Origin: an uncultured bacterium
GTDB taxonomy: Bacteria; Eisenbacteria; RBG-16-71-46
Length of the DNA stretch: 64,000 nucleotides
NCBI GenBank assembly: GCA_964418975.1
Contig: CAYQNV010000172.1
Span: 24,301-88,300 of the forward strand
Direction of reading: 5' to 3'
Shown here: positions 1-9,106 of the stretch, in pieces
How positions within the stretch are numbered: the stretch's first letter is position 1
Layout: every line of letters begins with the position of its first letter
Position numbers and translations under genes: made by a program
The notes under the pieces: model-generated
The model's database searches: none
What the model was told of the DNA's origin: nothing
Seen by the model: the letters and a program-made list of their open reading frames with translations, nothing else

Positions 1-733
1 CCGTGTCGCGGACGGAGCGCGCGCCGGGCTCGAGGTGCAGGTCCCGAGCGGCTCCGGGTGGGTGACCCTCGCGACCTTGATGCCCAGGGAACTTCCCACC
101 GACCAGTTCGTGGCGCTGCCTGGAAACTCGGAAGTGCGCTTGGTGGCGCTCGGTGGCTGTCGGCTGCACGCCACCGGCCGCGTGGAGGTGATCGAGGCCA
201 ATGTGGGTCGCGTACAGCACGAGCCCGTGGGACTTCGGCACTCGGTCCTTGGCGAGTTGCCGGCGTCGTTCGGGACTGCCGGGGTGAAGGTTGGCGGCGG
301 GGAGTCGCTGATCGTCGAGTTCACACCCGGCGAGCCCCCCGCTGGCTACCAGCGTGACTGGTTCCTCGAGGTCACCGGCGTCCAGACGCCGGGCGTGATC
401 AGCGTGGGCTCGAGCGAGATCTCTCTGCGCGAAGGAGATACCGAAGGGCCACCCGTCCAGTTCGCACTGCACCCCGCACAGCCCAACCCCTCGACAGCCT
501 CGGTCGCGTTCGCGTTCGACCTTCCAGAGGCGTCGAGCGTTCGGCTCGACGTGTTCGACCTGCTCGGGCGCCGGGTCGCGATCGTGGCGGAAGCCGACTG
601 GCTGGCCGGGCGACACCGGGTGTCGTGGGACGGACGCTCCAGTGCGGGCACGCTCGCGCCGCCGGGTGTTTACACGATCCGGCTCGCCGCGACGGGATTC
701 ACCGCACGACGACAGTTCGTCCGGATGCCGTAG
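1..733 (+). CDS. Secreted protein, partial at the 5' end. The C terminus is a FlgD-Ig-like / T9SS-type sorting domain.
   Basis: The frame is open from the window edge. C-terminal about 80 aa (..VAFAFDLPEASSVRLDVFDLLGRRVAIV..GVYTIRLAA..) resembles the FlgD Ig-like CTD. The same domain occurs at 908..1567 and 21315..23378. Confidence 0.5.
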   Translation, partial: RVADGARAGLEVQVPSGSGWVTLATLMPRELPTDQFVALPGNSEVRLVALGGCRLHATGRVEVIEANVGRVQHEPVGLRHSVLGELPASFGTAGVKVGGGESLIVEFTPGEPPAGYQRDWFLEVTGVQTPGVISVGSSEISLREGDTEGPPVQFALHPAQPNPSTASVAFAFDLPEASSVRLDVFDLLGRRVAIVAEADWLAGRHRVSWDGRSSAGTLAPPGVYTIRLAATGFTARRQFVRMP

Positions 734-907
734 CCGCTCAGCGCGCGCCGCCCGCCGCACGTCGGCGGGCGGTCGCGCCTGAATTGCGAGTTCCGATGGC
801 GAGGAGCTCCGCCTGGCGAACTACTGGGTCACGGGTGATCTGCCGATCGGGCGTGAGCCGCATCAACTTCCAGTATCACTCACGCGAATCATGGCCGTAC
901 TCGCCCC

Positions 908-1567
908 TCACCGCACCACCGCCACGCGTGAGATCGAGCGATGACTTCCCGCGCGCAGGACCACGAAGTAAAGCCCCGGCGGAAGGGACCGGCCGCGAGC
1001 ATCGCGCGCGCTGAACGGCACGTCGAACGTGAGCCGGTCGAGCGTGCCGCTCCACAGCGTTCGCAACACGCGGCCGCTCATGTCCACGAGCGTCACGTCG
1101 CCCGGCAGTCCCGTGGCGCGCGAGTCGTTGCCCGCCCGAGCGCCGGCGGAGATGGCCGCGGTCACCCGCAGCGTGCCGAGGTCGCGAAGGGGGTTTGGGG
1201 ACGGGCTCGCCTTGAGCCCCACCGCCGCGCGATCGCCCACGGTCACCGCGGACGGGCCGTACGTGCGCAGCGTGCCATCCGCGCCGGTCACGTCGAAGCG
1301 ATACCAGTAGGTGGCGCCCACCAGCGCGTCCTGGTCCAAGACGTAGCAGTCACCGGTGCAGAGTGCGTCGCGCTCGCCCAGGACCTGGCCCGGGAGGTGC
1401 TGGCCGTCGGACCGTTCGACCGTGTAGCGAGCGCCCGCGTAGCTGCCCTCGAGCGTCACGCGCACGACGCCGTGCAGGATCTCGGCGCGCACGCCGGGGT
1501 CTCCGGCCTGGGCTGGGCTCGAGCAGAGCGCCCACAGCACGACGGCGATGCGAACCAATGGTCTCAT
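908..1567 (-). CDS. Secreted protein with an N-terminal signal peptide and a FlgD-Ig-like C-terminal domain.
   Basis: Signal peptide MRPLVRIAVVLWALCSSPAQA begins at the internal Met of ORF 908..1594. C terminus is ..VTLVDMSGRVLRTL..GLYFVVLRAG.. Confidence 0.5.
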   Translation of the reverse strand: MRPLVRIAVVLWALCSSPAQAGDPGVRAEILHGVVRVTLEGSYAGARYTVERSDGQHLPGQVLGERDALCTGDCYVLDQDALVGATYWYRFDVTGADGTLRTYGPSAVTVGDRAAVGLKASPSPNPLRDLGTLRVTAAISAGARAGNDSRATGLPGDVTLVDMSGRVLRTLWSGTLDRLTFDVPFSARDARGRSLPPGLYFVVLRAGSHRSISRVAVVR

Positions 1568-1836
1568 GCGAGGATCCTCGGGTGGGTGAATCACGAACGC
1601 GACCCGGCGAGCGAGGCTCGGGTCTCATCGGATAATACCCCCGGACCCCTCCGGCGTGACCTGTTTTCGTACTCGCGAGCTTGCCGGCAGATCCGTGCGC
1701 GCGGGCTCGCGCCGGAGAGCCCGCCGAACCATGTAGTCGCTTGCCCGGCAGGGGGATTCACGCTTGACGCTGGGCGGGGCGCTCACTAGGTTGCGCTTCT
1801 TGGTCTCACGCTCCCCGGCCAGACAGGGACAACCCC

Positions 1837-2304
1837 ATGCGCCTCACGGAACTGCTCAATCCCCAAGCCATCACCACCCGGCTCCGCGCGCGCTCCAAGC
1901 GCGAGGTGATCGCCGAGCTGGTGGACCTGCTGGAGAGCGCGCATGACATCCAGAGTCAGGGCGAAGTCCTCATGCGGGTGTTGCACCGCGAGGAGGGGCA
2001 GACCACGGGCATCGGCAACGGCGTCGCCATCCCGCACGGCAAGGCCCGCGCCGTGAATCGCATGGTGGCGGCCTGCGGCGTGTCGCCCGAAGGGGTGGAC
2101 TTCCAGTCGGTGGACGGCGAGCCGGCCACGCTGTTCGTGCTTCTCGCCGCACCCGAGACCGTCGGTTCGCTGCAAGTGAAGGTGCTGGCCAACATCTCGC
2201 GGGTCCTCAAGGAGGAGTCGGTGCGGCAGGCGCTGCGCGACGCCGCCAACCCCGATGCCTTCCTCGCCGCATTGCGCGCGGCGGAGGCCGTGCACATCCC
2301 GTAG
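1837..2304 (+). CDS. ptsN: PTS EIIA(Ntr)-like nitrogen regulatory protein (PTS EIIA type-2 domain).
   Basis: 155 aa with the conserved phospho-His context GNGVAIPHGK. Start MRLTELLNPQ.. is typical of EIIA-Ntr. Confidence 0.8.
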   Translation: MRLTELLNPQAITTRLRARSKREVIAELVDLLESAHDIQSQGEVLMRVLHREEGQTTGIGNGVAIPHGKARAVNRMVAACGVSPEGVDFQSVDGEPATLFVLLAAPETVGSLQVKVLANISRVLKEESVRQALRDAANPDAFLAALRAAEAVHIP

Positions 2305-2350
2305 CCGCACCCGCGGCGGTCACGCCCCGGTCGCTCCCGCGAGGCATCCC

Positions 2351-3007
2351 ATGCACCTGCTCGAGGCCTGGACCACGCTGGGACCATTGCACCTGGCCCG
2401 CCTGCTGGCGATCCCTGGCGCGATGCTCGTGGCCACACTGCTGCCCGGCCGGGTGCTGGCGCGCGGCGCGGCGCTGGTGGGTGCCGCCGGCGTGCTGCTG
2501 CTGGCGGAGATGACCGTGCCATGGTGGATCCGCTCGGCGTGGGTGCTGGCGTGGCTCGCGATCGCGTGGCAGTCGGGGCTGCCCGAGCGGCCCGACCTCT
2601 CACTCCACCCGCCGCGCCGGCGCGGCTTCGAAGCCGGCGCGGTCGCGCTGCCGCTGGGCCTGGCGTTGCTGGCGCTCATGCTGGCCGCGGTGTGGCGCCA
2701 GACGTTCCACCCGGACGACGCCCGTCGCGCCTCGCTCGGCGCGTTGCTCGTGGGCCTGGGGCTGCTGCATCTCATGATGCGCCGGCACGTGCGACGAGCG
2801 GCGATCGCCATGGGCTCGCTCGGCGTGGGGCTGGAGCTCTTGACCGCGTCGGCGCGGTCGGTGGACGTGGCGCACGAAGGAGCCCCCGCGGGCACTGCGC
2901 TGCTCGCCACGGCACTCGCCGCCATCATCGTCACGCGCATCGCCGAGGGCCGCGAGCGCTACGCGGGCTCGGCGTTCGTCTCGGACGCACACGAGCTCCA
3001 GGACTGA
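2351..3007 (+). CDS. Hypothetical polytopic membrane protein.
   Basis: Leu/Ala/Trp-rich hydrophobic segments. ATG at 2351 lies inside ORF 2255..3007 and avoids overlap with ptsN. Confidence 0.35.
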   Translation: MHLLEAWTTLGPLHLARLLAIPGAMLVATLLPGRVLARGAALVGAAGVLLLAEMTVPWWIRSAWVLAWLAIAWQSGLPERPDLSLHPPRRRGFEAGAVALPLGLALLALMLAAVWRQTFHPDDARRASLGALLVGLGLLHLMMRRHVRRAAIAMGSLGVGLELLTASARSVDVAHEGAPAGTALLATALAAIIVTRIAEGRERYAGSAFVSDAHELQD

Positions 3008-3011
3008 CGCC

Positions 3012-4412
3012 GTGCGACTCCCGCGCCTTCGACTGCCCGCCAGCTACGCCGGTGCCGTGTGCGCGTCACTCGGCGTGGCGCTCCTCATGCTGCCGGGCGT
3101 GGCGTGGGCGGCACTGGGGCTCGAACTGGTCGCACTCGCGTTCTGGCTGTGGGCGCGGTCGCTGCCGGATCGCGGCGAGCAGCTCGCGCGCTGGTCGTGG
3201 CTCCGCCGGCCGGCCATGGCGTTGTGGCTCGCGGCGGCGCTTTTTCTGGCCCTGCCCGAGTTACGCGCGGTGTTCGCACCCGTGCCCGCCTCGCCGCCGA
3301 GCGATCTGTTCTCGCCGCCCGCATTCATGCCGGCGCCGCTGCCCATGACGCGCGACCCGATGCTGCTGCTGCGCACGATCGCCTCGCTCGCAGTGCTGTG
3401 GGCGGGGCTCGAGCTCATGGCAGCGCTGCCGCTGTCGCGACCCTTCCCCGACTTGACCGGGCCCGCGCGCCCGTTCGGCCCGTGGCTCACCGCACTCCTG
3501 CCCGTGACCGGCTTCCTCGTGCTGTGGCGGCAGGCCTCGCTCTGGACCGTGGCGCCGCTCGTGCGCGAGATCGCCACGCTCGCGCTCATGCTCGCCGCCG
3601 TACTCGCCACGCTACGGGCCTACAGCCGGCGCTCGCTCACCGCGACGTTGCGCTGGCTGGTGGTGTACGACTCGGCGCTGGCCTCGATGCTCGTGGCGCG
3701 CGAGGTCGTGCACGGCGAGATCGCGGCTCTGCTGTGGCTGGGCACGGCCGGCGGCAGGTTGATCTCGCTCGCGGCCGAGCTGCGCGGCAAGGCCGCGCGC
3801 CGCGGCACGAACCTCACGCGGCTCTGGCGCGTGGCGGGCTGGGTCGCGGGTACGGCACTCGCGTGGCCGCTGCTCGCCGATGCGGGCTTCGCCGACGGCC
3901 GCTTCCATCCGCTCGAGTTCGCCGTGCTCGCCGCGCCGGTGTTCCTGGCAAGTACGCTGTGGTTGAAGCGCGTGGTCGAGGCTCCCGAGCGTCGCGCGTT
4001 GTCGCGACCCGAGGACCGTGCGCCGCGCGTGTCGCGCGTGGGCGCGGTGGCCACGCTGTTGGTGGGCCCGTTGGCGCTCGCGTGGGCGTGGTGGCGCGGC
4101 TTCGAGGTGGGCTGGCCGGGCGCGCTGCTGGCGCTGCTGCCGCCGGCGCTGGCGTGGTGGCCGGTGCGGCGCATGCGGGGTGCGCCGGCGGTGCCGGCTC
4201 CCGAGGCGCAGGCGGGGGGGACGCGCGACTTCGCGCTGTCCACGTTCCGCGCGGTCACGGTGATCGAGCGCCAGCTCGCGGCCGCCATCGGCGGCATCGC
4301 CCGCGCCCTCGGAGCGCCCGCGCGCGACCTGCACTCGGGCGACGCGCAGGAGTACCTGCTGTTCCTGGTCGGCGTGGCCGTGCTGGCACTGCTCCTGCCG
4401 GTGCTGCGATGA
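3012..4412 (+). CDS. Hypothetical polytopic membrane protein (466 aa).
   Basis: Multiple predicted TM helices. The next gene starts by an ATGA overlap. Confidence 0.4.
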   Translation: MRLPRLRLPASYAGAVCASLGVALLMLPGVAWAALGLELVALAFWLWARSLPDRGEQLARWSWLRRPAMALWLAAALFLALPELRAVFAPVPASPPSDLFSPPAFMPAPLPMTRDPMLLLRTIASLAVLWAGLELMAALPLSRPFPDLTGPARPFGPWLTALLPVTGFLVLWRQASLWTVAPLVREIATLALMLAAVLATLRAYSRRSLTATLRWLVVYDSALASMLVAREVVHGEIAALLWLGTAGGRLISLAAELRGKAARRGTNLTRLWRVAGWVAGTALAWPLLADAGFADGRFHPLEFAVLAAPVFLASTLWLKRVVEAPERRALSRPEDRAPRVSRVGAVATLLVGPLALAWAWWRGFEVGWPGALLALLPPALAWWPVRRMRGAPAVPAPEAQAGGTRDFALSTFRAVTVIERQLAAAIGGIARALGAPARDLHSGDAQEYLLFLVGVAVLALLLPVLR

Positions 4413-5635
4413 ATCCCGCGGTCCAGACGCTGTTGGCGCCGTGGCTGACATTTCTGGCGCCGCTCGCGGCGCTGGCCGCCGCGACGCTGGTGCGCCGGGC
4501 CCACGCGCGCGCCAGCGAGCCGCAACCGTGGTTGGACGCTGCCGTGGTCACGCTCAGTCTGGTGCCGCTGGCGGTGGTGGTGGCGTGGCCCGGCGTGCTC
4601 ACGCCGGCGCGTGCCGCGCTCGCGGCGGCGCTCTCGGTGGCGCTGCTCGCGCACGATCCGCGCGACCTGCCGCAGACCGAGTGCGCGCTCAAGCTCATGT
4701 GGGTGCTCGCGGCGGCGTTCGCGCTGTCGTGGGCCGGCGACGCGCTGCTGGCGCTCGCCTCAGGCAGCGCTCGCCCGCGCGAACAGTGGCCGGCGCTGGC
4801 ACTTGCGCTCGATCCCTACTCGCTCTGGAGTGCCGCGCTCTCGCTGTCGCTGCTGGCGGGGCTCGTGCTGCTCGGGGGTGCGCCGTTCCACTTCTGGCCG
4901 GGCGACCTGTTCCACGGCGCGCGCGCACATCTCGCTCCGTTCGTGGCGGCCACGCTGCAACTGGCGGGCGCGGCGTGGTTGTTGCGTCACGTGGATGGAG
5001 TCACAGAGTTCCCGGTGGCGGCACAACTCGTGCGGTCGTTGCTGACGCTTGCGGCAGCGGTGGCGCTGGCCGGAGGTGCGGCCACGCTCGGTTACCAGAC
5101 GCGGCCCGAGCGCCGCGTGGGCGCAATGGTGAGCCTGCAGGGTGGGCTGGTGCTGGCCTCACTCGCCGCGGATCCCACGCGCACACCGTTCGCCGACCAC
5201 GGCGGGCTCGCCGCCTGGGCCGGCCACCTGTTGCTCGCGGCAACGGGTGCGAGCCTATTGTCGCGCTTCCTTCCGGTGGCTGCGGCAGACGCCGAACGCG
5301 CGTCGGTGCTGTTCCGGCGTCACCCGTGGAGCGGCGCCGCCGGAGGCTACGCGCTGCTCTCGCTCGCCGGCGCTCCGGGCACGCCGGGCATGCACGTGTG
5401 GCTCGACACGGCTCGAACGCTCGCGGACCAACGTCACCCCGGGCTGCTGTTAGGCCTGGCACTCGCATGGCTCGCGGCGTTCGGCGTGGCCGCGAGCGAG
5501 CTCCGTCGCGGCTTCGGTTCCCCCGACGGCTCGCCGCCGCCCGACCGACACGTGCCGCGCTCGATCCGGGCCGCGCTGTGGACCGCGTGCGCGGCACTCG
5601 TGGCGTTGCTGTGGGCGTGGCGCGGCGTGCGCTAA
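4409..5635 (+). CDS. NuoN/MrpD-family proton-conducting antiporter-like membrane protein (divergent).
   Basis: Motif GGAPFHFWPGDLFHGARAHLAPFVAA resembles the HxWxPDxxxGxP signature of complex I L/M/N and Mrp antiporter subunits. ATG at 4409 overlaps the upstream stop. The long alternate ORF 3059..5635 is the same frame read through. Confidence 0.45.
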   Translation: MNPAVQTLLAPWLTFLAPLAALAAATLVRRAHARASEPQPWLDAAVVTLSLVPLAVVVAWPGVLTPARAALAAALSVALLAHDPRDLPQTECALKLMWVLAAAFALSWAGDALLALASGSARPREQWPALALALDPYSLWSAALSLSLLAGLVLLGGAPFHFWPGDLFHGARAHLAPFVAATLQLAGAAWLLRHVDGVTEFPVAAQLVRSLLTLAAAVALAGGAATLGYQTRPERRVGAMVSLQGGLVLASLAADPTRTPFADHGGLAAWAGHLLLAATGASLLSRFLPVAAADAERASVLFRRHPWSGAAGGYALLSLAGAPGTPGMHVWLDTARTLADQRHPGLLLGLALAWLAAFGVAASELRRGFGSPDGSPPPDRHVPRSIRAALWTACAALVALLWAWRGVR

Positions 5636-5711
5636 GGCGGTTCGCAGCGAGCCGCCGCGCGCTCCAGCGCGAAGGCCCGCCGCGGGTCGCGACGGGCCTC
5701 GGCCAGGGAGA

Positions 5712-5756
5712 TGGTGCGCCGCCTTGGAATCGAACCAAGAACCTACTGATTAAGAG
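5712..5756 (-). repeat. 45-bp direct repeat identical to the 3' end of tRNA-Lys(CUU). attR-like partial tRNA copy.
   Basis: TGGTGCGCCGCCTTGGAATCGAACCAAGAACCTACTGATTAAGAG at 5712..5756 is identical to 7088..7132. Flanks diverge immediately outside. Confidence 0.8.
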
Positions 5757-6081
5757 ACCATTACCGCCGCCCGCACGAAGCGACTGTCGCACAACGCATT
5801 CTGAAGACCGACAAGTAATTGCGTGCGCGAAGCACAGGGACTGGAGGGTACGGAAGGGTAACGCAAAGGAACTCGAAACGGGACCACTTGTCCCGTTCTT
5901 GAGGTGGCGCTGTCCACGAAGAGGCCGGTGGCCACGAGGTCACTGATCCCGGGCATTGTCGACAGCAGCTGGGCGCTCGCTCGGATCGGCTCCAGCGATT
6001 TCCCCACCGCGTACATCGATCGTGCAGCATGAACGTTCTCATCCTCTTGCCTGCTGGCGGGCCGGCCGATAGCCTTGCTCG

Positions 6082-6981
6082 ATGCTTCCTGCGACGCTTC
6101 CGCTCGACGCCTACCGCCCGTTCCGCCGCGACGTCGAGGCCCAGCGCCCGGCGATGGCGACGATCGCGTCGCGGCACGGGCTGCCGCGCGCAGAGCTCGC
6201 GCCGTTCTCGGAGGGCACCCAGATCGTCTGGGGCACGCAGCGCTCCGTCATCAAGCTGTTCGTGCCCACGTGGCCCGAGGACGCGCGCGTCGAGATATTG
6301 ATGCTCGAGCGGCTCGTTGGCGCGGGCCTGCCGGTGCCGCAGCTCGAAGCGCGCGGCGAGGTCGCGGGCTGGCCGTACGTCGTGATGAGCCGGCTTCCGG
6401 GCCAGCGCGTTCCCGAGGCATGGCCCGGGCTCGATGCGGACGCGCGCGAGCGGCTGGCGTACGACATCGGCGCGGCGATGGCGCGCCTCGCCGCGCTGCC
6501 CGTGACCGGGCTCGACGCGTTGCGCGCCCCGCAGGAGTCGCTGCTGGCCGAGCGGCGGCCACGGCTGCTTCAGGATCAGCGCGAGCGAGGAGGCGACGAC
6601 GCGCTGGAGGCGCAGCTGCAGACGTTCCTCGACGCGCTGCCGCCGCTGCTGCCGGCCGAAAGCGTCCTGATGCACGCCGACCTGACGGCGGACAACATCC
6701 TCGTGCACGACAGCCGGCTCGCCGGATTCATCGACTTCGCGGACGCCTTCGTGGGCCCGTGGACGTACGAGCTGGCGGCGACCTCCTGCTTCGTGACGCA
6801 GGGCGATCGGCGCTCGCAGCGCGCGCTCCTTTTGGGCCGCGGCGTCGAAGCGACGCCCGAGCTCCTCGTTACGCTGCGCTGCTGGGCTGTGCTCCACCGC
6901 TACGGCCACGTCGCGATAATGATGCAGCACGCCGGCCACGCGAGCCTGTGGAGCTGGCTCGACACGCTGTGGCTGCCCTGA
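6082..6981 (+). CDS. Aminoglycoside/choline-kinase-type phosphotransferase (APH family).
   Basis: Brenner-type motif HADLTADNILVHD and IDFADAF (D-F/W) within a 299-aa product. Confidence 0.65.
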   Translation: MLPATLPLDAYRPFRRDVEAQRPAMATIASRHGLPRAELAPFSEGTQIVWGTQRSVIKLFVPTWPEDARVEILMLERLVGAGLPVPQLEARGEVAGWPYVVMSRLPGQRVPEAWPGLDADARERLAYDIGAAMARLAALPVTGLDALRAPQESLLAERRPRLLQDQRERGGDDALEAQLQTFLDALPPLLPAESVLMHADLTADNILVHDSRLAGFIDFADAFVGPWTYELAATSCFVTQGDRRSQRALLLGRGVEATPELLVTLRCWAVLHRYGHVAIMMQHAGHASLWSWLDTLWLP

Positions 6982-7087
6982 GGACCCGGCGCGCGGTCCG
7001 CTCATCACGAGGCCAGGACCGCTCGGGCTGCTGCGCCCGACATCCGGCGAGACGCTCCTCCGTATCACCGGTCCCCGCTGACTAAGT

Positions 7088-7163
<76 letters not shown>

Positions 7164-7387
7164 AGTGCGCGAGGGGGCATGAGCACCTCGCGAAAAGCCG
7201 GGGGAATCTAGCTTCGGGGGCATGGACCGTCAAGCGACGGCGCAGCGCGCGTCGCAAGCTCGACAGGCCGCAGGCGCGTCGTGCGCCCGTGCGCCACGCG
7301 CAAGCATCGCGTGTTCCCGCGTGGTATGACGTGCGCGCGCGCTGCGTGCTAACTTGCCTCGTTCCACGAGTCCCACGGCAGGTCTCC

Positions 7388-7822
7388 ATGAACGGGAGGA
7401 CACGGTTGGCGATCCGTATCGAGCGCATGGACGACGGTCGGCTGGCTCGCAAGCGCTGGCTGTTCGTGCTCGCCTACGTGGCCTTGATCTTCGTGCTCAG
7501 TGCTCAGCCGGGCCTCTACATCCCAGGGACGTTCGAATACAAGGACAAGATTGCGCACGCCATCGAGTACGGCGGGCTGAGCTGGCTGGTGCACGCCGCC
7601 GTGCGCGACACGTGGCCCGGCACTTCGGCGGGCCGTCGCGTGCTGCTCGCGGTACTGGCCATCTCGTTGCTCGGCGTGGCCGACGAGGTGTTCCAGCGGG
7701 GTGTGCCCGGCCGCGATTCGTCCGTGTTCGACTGGATGGCCGACACGCTCGGCGCATCGCTGGCGCAGTGGTTGGGCCTCGCCCGTGACAAGCGACGCGG
7801 GGTCATGAAGGGCAAGGGCTGA
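7388..7822 (+). CDS. VanZ-like family membrane protein.
   Basis: DKIAHAIEYGGL motif and hydrophobic segments. Internal ATG at 7388 of ORF 7289..7822. Confidence 0.6.
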   Translation: MNGRTRLAIRIERMDDGRLARKRWLFVLAYVALIFVLSAQPGLYIPGTFEYKDKIAHAIEYGGLSWLVHAAVRDTWPGTSAGRRVLLAVLAISLLGVADEVFQRGVPGRDSSVFDWMADTLGASLAQWLGLARDKRRGVMKGKG

Positions 7823-7823
7823 C

Positions 7824-9095
7824 ATGGCGCCCCGTCACCAGGCCCCACGCGGCACGCGCGACCTGCTGCCGGAAGACGCGGCGCGCTGGCGACGGGCCGA
7901 AGCGAGTGCTCACGGCGTGCTCGAGCGCTACGGCTATGGCGAGCTGCGCACGCCGATGTTCGAGGACGTGGAGCTGTTCGCGCGCACCGCGGGCGAGGCG
8001 AGCGACGTGGTGCAGAAGGAGATGTACCGCTTCACCGATCTGGGTGATCGCGAACTGGCGCTTCGGCCCGAGTTCACCGCCGGCGTGATGCGAGCGTTTC
8101 TCGAGCACGGCCTGGGCGGGCGCTCGCGCGTGCACCGGCTGTGGAGCATGGGACCGGTGTTCCGCTACGGACGGCCGCAGAAGGGGCGCTATCGGCAGTT
8201 CTCGCAACTGAACTGCGAGCTGGTGGGCTCGGCGGCCCCCGGCGCCGACGTCGAGATGATCGCGCTGTTCGTGGACCTCTACGAGGCGTGGGGCTTCACC
8301 GACCTGACCGTCAAGCTGAACAGCGTGGGCCAGCCCGCGTCGCGGCGCGAGTACGGCGATCGCTTGCGCGTGCTGCTGGCGCCGCATCTCGACCGGCTCT
8401 CCGAGGACTCGCGCCGGCGCCTGGAGCAGAATCCCCTGCGCGTGCTGGACACGAAGGACGACAAGGATCTCGCCGTGCTGGCGGAGCTCTCGAGCGAGCT
8501 ACCGCACATGCTCGATGTGATCGACGCGGATGATCGCTTGCACTGGGACCAAGTGCTGGCCGGGCTCGACGCCGCCGGCATCCGCTACGACGTGGACCAC
8601 GGCTTGGTGCGCGGACTCGACTACTACACGCGCACGGCGTTCGAGGTGCACGACGCTTCACTCGGCGCCCAGAGTGCACTGGGCGGGGGCGGGCGCTACG
8701 ACGGGTTGATCGAGCAGCTGGGCGGCAACGCCACGCCGGGCGTGGGGTTCGCGATCGGGCTCGACCGCGCGCTGCTGCTGATGCAGGAGCGCGGCTTCGC
8801 AGCCGAGGCGGTCGACACGGTGTGCGTGGTGGCCATGGACGCGACTCGCGCCGGCGCCACCGCGCTGGTTCGCGAGCTGCGCCAGCGCTTCCGCGTTGAG
8901 ACCGACGTGGAAGCACGCGGGTTCGCTGCGCAGATGAAGGCCGCGGGCAAGAGTGGCGCACGCTTCCTGGTGATCGCCGGCGAGGACGAGTGGGCGCGCG
9001 GCGAGGTGGCGCTGAAGGACTCGAGAACAGGCGAGCAGAAGACCGTGAAGCGCGAAACACTCGCGGACGAGCTCTCGGCCCGCACGAAGGGATAG
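7824..9095 (+). CDS. hisS: Histidine--tRNA ligase.
   Basis: 423 aa with N-terminal RGTRDLLPED, class II motifs and a C-terminal anticodon-binding domain. Confidence 0.9.
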   Translation: MAPRHQAPRGTRDLLPEDAARWRRAEASAHGVLERYGYGELRTPMFEDVELFARTAGEASDVVQKEMYRFTDLGDRELALRPEFTAGVMRAFLEHGLGGRSRVHRLWSMGPVFRYGRPQKGRYRQFSQLNCELVGSAAPGADVEMIALFVDLYEAWGFTDLTVKLNSVGQPASRREYGDRLRVLLAPHLDRLSEDSRRRLEQNPLRVLDTKDDKDLAVLAELSSELPHMLDVIDADDRLHWDQVLAGLDAAGIRYDVDHGLVRGLDYYTRTAFEVHDASLGAQSALGGGGRYDGLIEQLGGNATPGVGFAIGLDRALLLMQERGFAAEAVDTVCVVAMDATRAGATALVRELRQRFRVETDVEARGFAAQMKAAGKSGARFLVIAGEDEWARGEVALKDSRTGEQKTVKRETLADELSARTKG

Positions 9096-9106
9096 GAGAA
9101 CGCGAC

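Larger units (their letters stand above)
5712..7087. mobile_element. Putative integrated-element remnant (about 1.4 kb) at the tRNA-Lys 3' end. It carries an APH-family gene and no integrase.
   Basis: Intact tRNA at one end and a 45-nt tRNA-3' repeat at the other. Lower-GC stretch at 5760..5950. Confidence 0.4.

Noticed and set aside
4383-4406. TGGCAC hexamers at about 4385 and about 33938, possible sigma-54 -24 elements.
   Set aside because: No TTGC -12 element sits at the required 5-nt spacing. Both lie inside coding sequence.
3059-5635. An 858-aa ORF, the longest on the + strand in this region.
   Set aside because: It is the frame of gene 4409..5635 read through upstream GC-rich sequence. 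The N-terminal 450 codons are Arg/Ala/Gly-rich low complexity and overlap the well-formed membrane gene 3012..4412. It is a frame artifact of high-GC DNA.
5761-7068. A 435-aa minus-strand ORF spanning the APH gene region.
   Set aside because: It is antisense to the motif-supported APH gene and Arg/Pro-rich with no domain signature. It is a typical GC-frame shadow ORF.
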